From: Myxococcota bacterium
GTDB lineage: Bacteria; Myxococcota_A; UBA796; UBA2385
Assembly: GCA_044344255.1 (NCBI GenBank)
Contig: JBIJDH010000013.1
Coordinates: 128,001 to 192,000, forward strand
DNA: 64,000 bases
Direction: 5' to 3'
Shown here: piece by piece, positions 62,301-64,000 of the stretch
How positions within the stretch are numbered: the first letter of the stretch is position 1
How the letters are laid out: the number at the start of each line of letters is the position of its first letter
Notes under the pieces: generated by a model
The model's database searches: none
Told to the model about the DNA's origin: nothing
Seen by the model: only the letters and a program-made list of their open reading frames with translations
Position numbers and translations under genes: made by a program

Positions 62301-62427
62301 CGGGCTTGACGGGCACCTCTGGCTCATCCTGCCAGAAGGCGCCTTCGTCGCCCTTGGCGAAGAAGTCTTCGAATTCGTCGAACAGATCGTCCTTGGTCTC
62401 GTTCTTCGTCTCGTTCTTCTTGGCCAT
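56377..62427 (-). CDS. Giant TPR-repeat protein (about 2016 aa) with an acidic/Pro-rich disordered N-terminus
   Basis: About 1550 aa of repeated TPR-like units (e.g. ALEGLERVY...WPQVAAVYE, AYLRALDLLPEDMEALAGL); no signal peptide; ATG at 62427 preceded by AGGGA. Confidence 0.85.
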   Translation of the reverse strand: MAKKNETKNETKDDLFDEFEDFFAKGDEGAFWQDEPEVPVKPEPKAAAAQKPADKNVEPVKVATPAVAPVALPPVGPPLPAAPVTSGSDITAPLPGVPSFFSAPTVPDFGPNYIKPEPTRPVKIEAVKVAQPAAALEPIPVVPAAKPRFQDSKLFSAPTVILSIGQIPVDEDDSEPVVPVEAEPGAPSAAGLGAPGGPAAGRAEVAIFEESLFDDDPIFAADEPVTTRMPPVTEEVPAPSLDPEPPAVRVDAQWAPKGDIGKLDPSTSFESYPSLVGALEPLPEPASISTFRDDLRDLDHSSPDHSSLDHGSLDHGSPDHSSLDQSEEVIEAATADDFVDPHSEAGPVHVRDGADPAGFDVGQDGRIDTAETGESPVSALLDAPTMEEARPEVSSLDDAPGLRSNGGVALPPPVAPPAESSAAPAPRERYTPSRDSAERWLEVAISLEHEADIASFSERHAALLAAAGRVYFERLGRWEESERLFAAAVEGGADLPTVLQEYGDVVASLGDYRRLRDLLVRRADRTEGVVAAEALNDAALVERNTLKQDSAAVELLERSLRVSPDDWFALRLLRELHFRSRSWEALAQVLGRMAELASGPRASRLLVERGRLLEVELGRPDDAHACYLTARAADPAFAPAFLALERLARARGDHASLVQLYQEEAARVGGPDGAFWLARGARVAAFSGQAPDEVAALWAVAVEAAGPEARELRAEHQNWLAVNGRVAELALALAQELDHATGAPAVVVGWRLARLQEEVLRDPAAALETWRRVVALDASVGPAVEAVSRIYGASGRFAELVAFYAELLPALTDPNLVVTTLYRMGELCEGPLADQEGARGWFERILDTAPGYLPALEGLERVYMRLGAWPQVAAVYEQRAILTEDPSGTALQLHRAGSVYDLRLHDVERAADFYLRALEHQADFQPSLDALARILEGKGDWAGLAGILRRAAEVSRDANEVVSYTYRSARILVDKVGDNFQAMALLRRCLELSPGFLPALALTRELAIRMGSWSEVVELHRLEADAAEEPARRHWRLLAAAETAERVAELDSTALAESILAEAPEHVGAQAFLMQRLLRRGDRHQIIEVYRQRLGAEAEDATRARVAARVADLAGDLADGVATVHAISEVVGADAPNRPLGALARVAESLNYWEDARRALEAAQGPDLKGEVARLIETYVEDPAVALTAWRAALDASPRDNIAAAGLERALGRSGSREGLAEVHAVLAAEVPDAAIRVVHALLAGHLFEAAEDREQAELHYQLAQAGRPGAGKAFEGLRRLAMQEPSAEKLALLFGSVTGLDPLLVASSYEEAGLAARAAEVYRGCLETETDEASRLVLVSRLEANLVELNDWHGVFTLLGERLQLTHHAEERKKIEAKRRWVLAEKLAETDEAWDFYRQLHDENPKDVEVLEALSRIAAARGDTQLAIQYLDGLSAAVASPVDRARFQRRVAEAWERVGDAEAARQAYLRALDLLPEDMEALAGLRTLASAANDWQALVGVLTREAAVVAHSEQVVRYREIARIWEENLQDPAVATDAWRKVLDLVADDPTALRRLVVLGRSHADWDVFAEHAVRLLPLLPLDERRSLESELGAVYLNELNREEEALRFLDAAIRHRRPDLYAAQLLERIHAARGAWDQVVEALIRQADASEGEAAVALLLRAAQVRMETLHDRDGAAALFASVLELDPDNGEALRFRGDFLFQAGDLAGAADIFARMEPSEKARDLDDFDVKIEVALYYFRFAEVLVQLGRKEDAVQRFGQALELNPNHLPSLEAVGPLYMATEQWDRAAQVFRQMLQLTGGQGDSERLARTYTNLGTVELNLGNLDKARQRFTKALELRQNDVRALQGVAAVMFARNDWNNLLNVYNNIIYHAQEPTEVVDAYLTKGYVLDAKMNLADKAAQHYEKSLAFDPAQPVALLRLAELHLRKADWPEAATLVDRGLALAVGDRGYLAGLHLVKAIAWKACNDEVSGARAFRAALAADPTLADSLGTVETPAVAQMMATLKERLQARL
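61456..61535 (-). repeat. 15-bp tandem repeat x5 encoding DH(S/G)S(P/L)
   Basis: gtccagcgaactgtg / gtctggcgaaccgtg / atccagcgaaccgtg / atccagcgaactgtg / atccggcgaactgtg on the plus strand. Confidence 0.9.
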
Positions 62428-62555
62428 GGTTCCCTGCTCAGTGAAGCGGCGCGGGGCAAACAGGCGCCGTATTTCGAAACGGCCACACCGCATCCCGCGG
62501 CCGGGGGCGATGTGTCATAAGGGCCCCGGACCCTTAGCACCTCCGGGGCCCGCTC

Positions 62556-63710
62556 TCAAGCTCTGTCCGCGACGCTGGGCTCCGAGGCGAAACGCCGGGG
62601 CACGCGAGCGGAGAAGCCCGCCAACACCTCGTAGGGGATCGTGCCCGCCCAACCCGCGAGGTCCCAGGCGGTGATCCGCTCACCCCCTTGCGCGCCGAGC
62701 AGGACGACCTCGTCGCCGGCGCGCACCGGCACGGGCACGTCGGTCACGTCGATCATGCAGAGGTCCATACACACCCTCCCCCGCAGCGGCGCGCGGTGCC
62801 CATGGATGAGCACCTCGGCGCGGTTCGAGAGGGCCCGCGGATAGCCGTCGGCGTAGCCCACCGGCAGCGTGGCGATGCGGGAGGGCCGTGAGGTGGACCA
62901 GGTGCGCCCGTACGAGACGCCGACCCCGCTCGGCAGATCACGCACCAGGAGGACCCGCGTGCTGACGCTCAACACCGGCCGCACCGGGAGCGTGGGCGTC
63001 GGCCCGACCGGGCTGTATCCATAGACGAGCAAGCCCGGGCGCACGAGGTCAAAGGCGAAGCGAGGGTGTTCGAGGATCGCCCCCGAATTTGCGAGGTGCA
63101 GCAGGGCTGGTCGCAGACCACGAGACCGCGCCGCCTGGACCGCTCCGAGGAAGCGCCGCCCCTGCTCTCGGGTGAAGATCCGGGAGGCCTCGTCCTGGTC
63201 ATCACTCTCGGCGAAGTGGGAGGCGATGCCGTCCACACGCACCCAACGCAGGGCCGCGAGTCGGTCGAGGAAGCCCTCCCAGTGCGGGAGGGGCACGCCG
63301 AGCCGCCCCATGCCCGTGTCGACCTTGAGGTGGACGCCGTACGGCTCACGCCGGCGTGCGGCGGCGGCCTCGATGCGGAGCGCGTCGTCGAGATCAGAGA
63401 TCACGGGGGTCAGACGATGGTGGATCGCCACATCCGCGCCATCGGCCCCCACGCCGCCCATCGAGAGGATGGGGCGCGTGACGCCCGCCTGTCGCAGGAG
63501 CCGCCCCTCCTCGACGAGGGCGACGCCGAACCAGTCTGCGCCCGCCGCCTCGAGGGCGAGCGCGCACTCCACGGCGCCGTGGCCGTAGGCGTCGCCCTTC
63601 ACCGCGCAGAGCACGCCGGTGGGGGCGGGCACGGCGGCCCGGATGGTCGCAAAGTTGGCGGCCAGCGCGCCCAGATCGACGTGGGCGGTGGTGGGTCGAA
63701 CCTGCTGCAT
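62556..63710 (-). CDS. alr: Alanine racemase
   Basis: AVKGDAYGHG (PLP Lys), HLKVDTGMGRLG, LANSGA, VRPGL, VSYG, GYADG, GRVCMD, TIPYE. Confidence 0.96.
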   Translation of the reverse strand: MQQVRPTTAHVDLGALAANFATIRAAVPAPTGVLCAVKGDAYGHGAVECALALEAAGADWFGVALVEEGRLLRQAGVTRPILSMGGVGADGADVAIHHRLTPVISDLDDALRIEAAAARRREPYGVHLKVDTGMGRLGVPLPHWEGFLDRLAALRWVRVDGIASHFAESDDQDEASRIFTREQGRRFLGAVQAARSRGLRPALLHLANSGAILEHPRFAFDLVRPGLLVYGYSPVGPTPTLPVRPVLSVSTRVLLVRDLPSGVGVSYGRTWSTSRPSRIATLPVGYADGYPRALSNRAEVLIHGHRAPLRGRVCMDLCMIDVTDVPVPVRAGDEVVLLGAQGGERITAWDLAGWAGTIPYEVLAGFSARVPRRFASEPSVADRA

Positions 63711-63857
63711 GAGGGCCCCTAAGCAGCCGCCGCCGCGGGCGCGAGGGCGAAGGCGAGCCCGGACGCGAGCACGGACACGAGCGCCCGGCAGCGTAAGGGA
63801 GGCGCTTGCCTCGGTCACCGTCCGGCGCTACCTCCCCCGCGATCACACCGAGACACC

Positions 63858-64000
63858 ATGCGCATCCTCGTCACCGGCGGCGCCGGCTTTGTCCCCTCCC
63901 ACCTCTGTGAGCAGCTCCTCGAGCGGGGCCACGAGGTGGTCGCGCTCGACAACCTCATCACCGGTGACCGCCGTAACGTGGCGTTACTCTCGGAGAATCC
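63858..64000 (+). CDS. NAD-dependent epimerase / UDP-glucuronate decarboxylase family, N-terminal part (runs off window)
   Basis: [36 protein letters not shown]. Confidence 0.85.
   Translation, partial: MRILVTGGAGFVPSHLCEQLLERGHEVVALDNLITGDRRNVALLSEN

Noticed and set aside
57709..62520. 1603-aa plus-strand ORF
   Set aside because: It is the antisense shadow of the TPR gene. High GC3 suppresses stop codons on the opposite strand and the translation has no recognisable motifs.

Overview
This is a very GC-rich bacterial chromosomal segment, probably from Myxococcota or a related deltaproteobacterial lineage; that inference rests on a RomR-like protein, a giant TPR protein and many Cys/Asp-rich lipoproteins. 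I found no CRISPR array, integrase, transposase or rRNA gene. The left part holds the end of a Dpp/Opp-type ABC transporter operon followed by a TPR/beta-barrel protein and a TolB-like protein, then a stand-alone tRNA-Ile/tRNA-Ala pair with its own sigma70 promoter. Next come a four-gene outer-membrane operon (small beta-barrel, peptidase-PD40-Omp85 fusion, two large lipoproteins) and, divergent from it, a 5'-nucleotidase / OB-fold lipoprotein / beta-barrel operon. The middle holds a Trm112-methyltransferase, korAB-HAD-SDR, ahcY with a divergent SahR-like regulator and palindromic operator, a Tad/Flp cluster lacking secretin, Flp and prepilin peptidase, an acyl-CoA dehydrogenase, namZ, DUF362, a deoxyhypusine synthase-like gene, an NlpC/P60 hydrolase and an orphan norQ/norD pair. 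The right part holds nadC, an HMA protein, a romR-like gene, tRNA-Leu and an alr - giant TPR - iscS - mnmA - rnc run. The best candidates for something undescribed are the Omp85-peptidase/lipoprotein operon with its divergent nucleotide-scavenging partner, a recurrent intragenic palindrome GTAAC-N5-GTTAC, and the rRNA-less tRNA-Ile/tRNA-Ala transcription unit. All annotations come from reading motifs by eye; no database searches were run.
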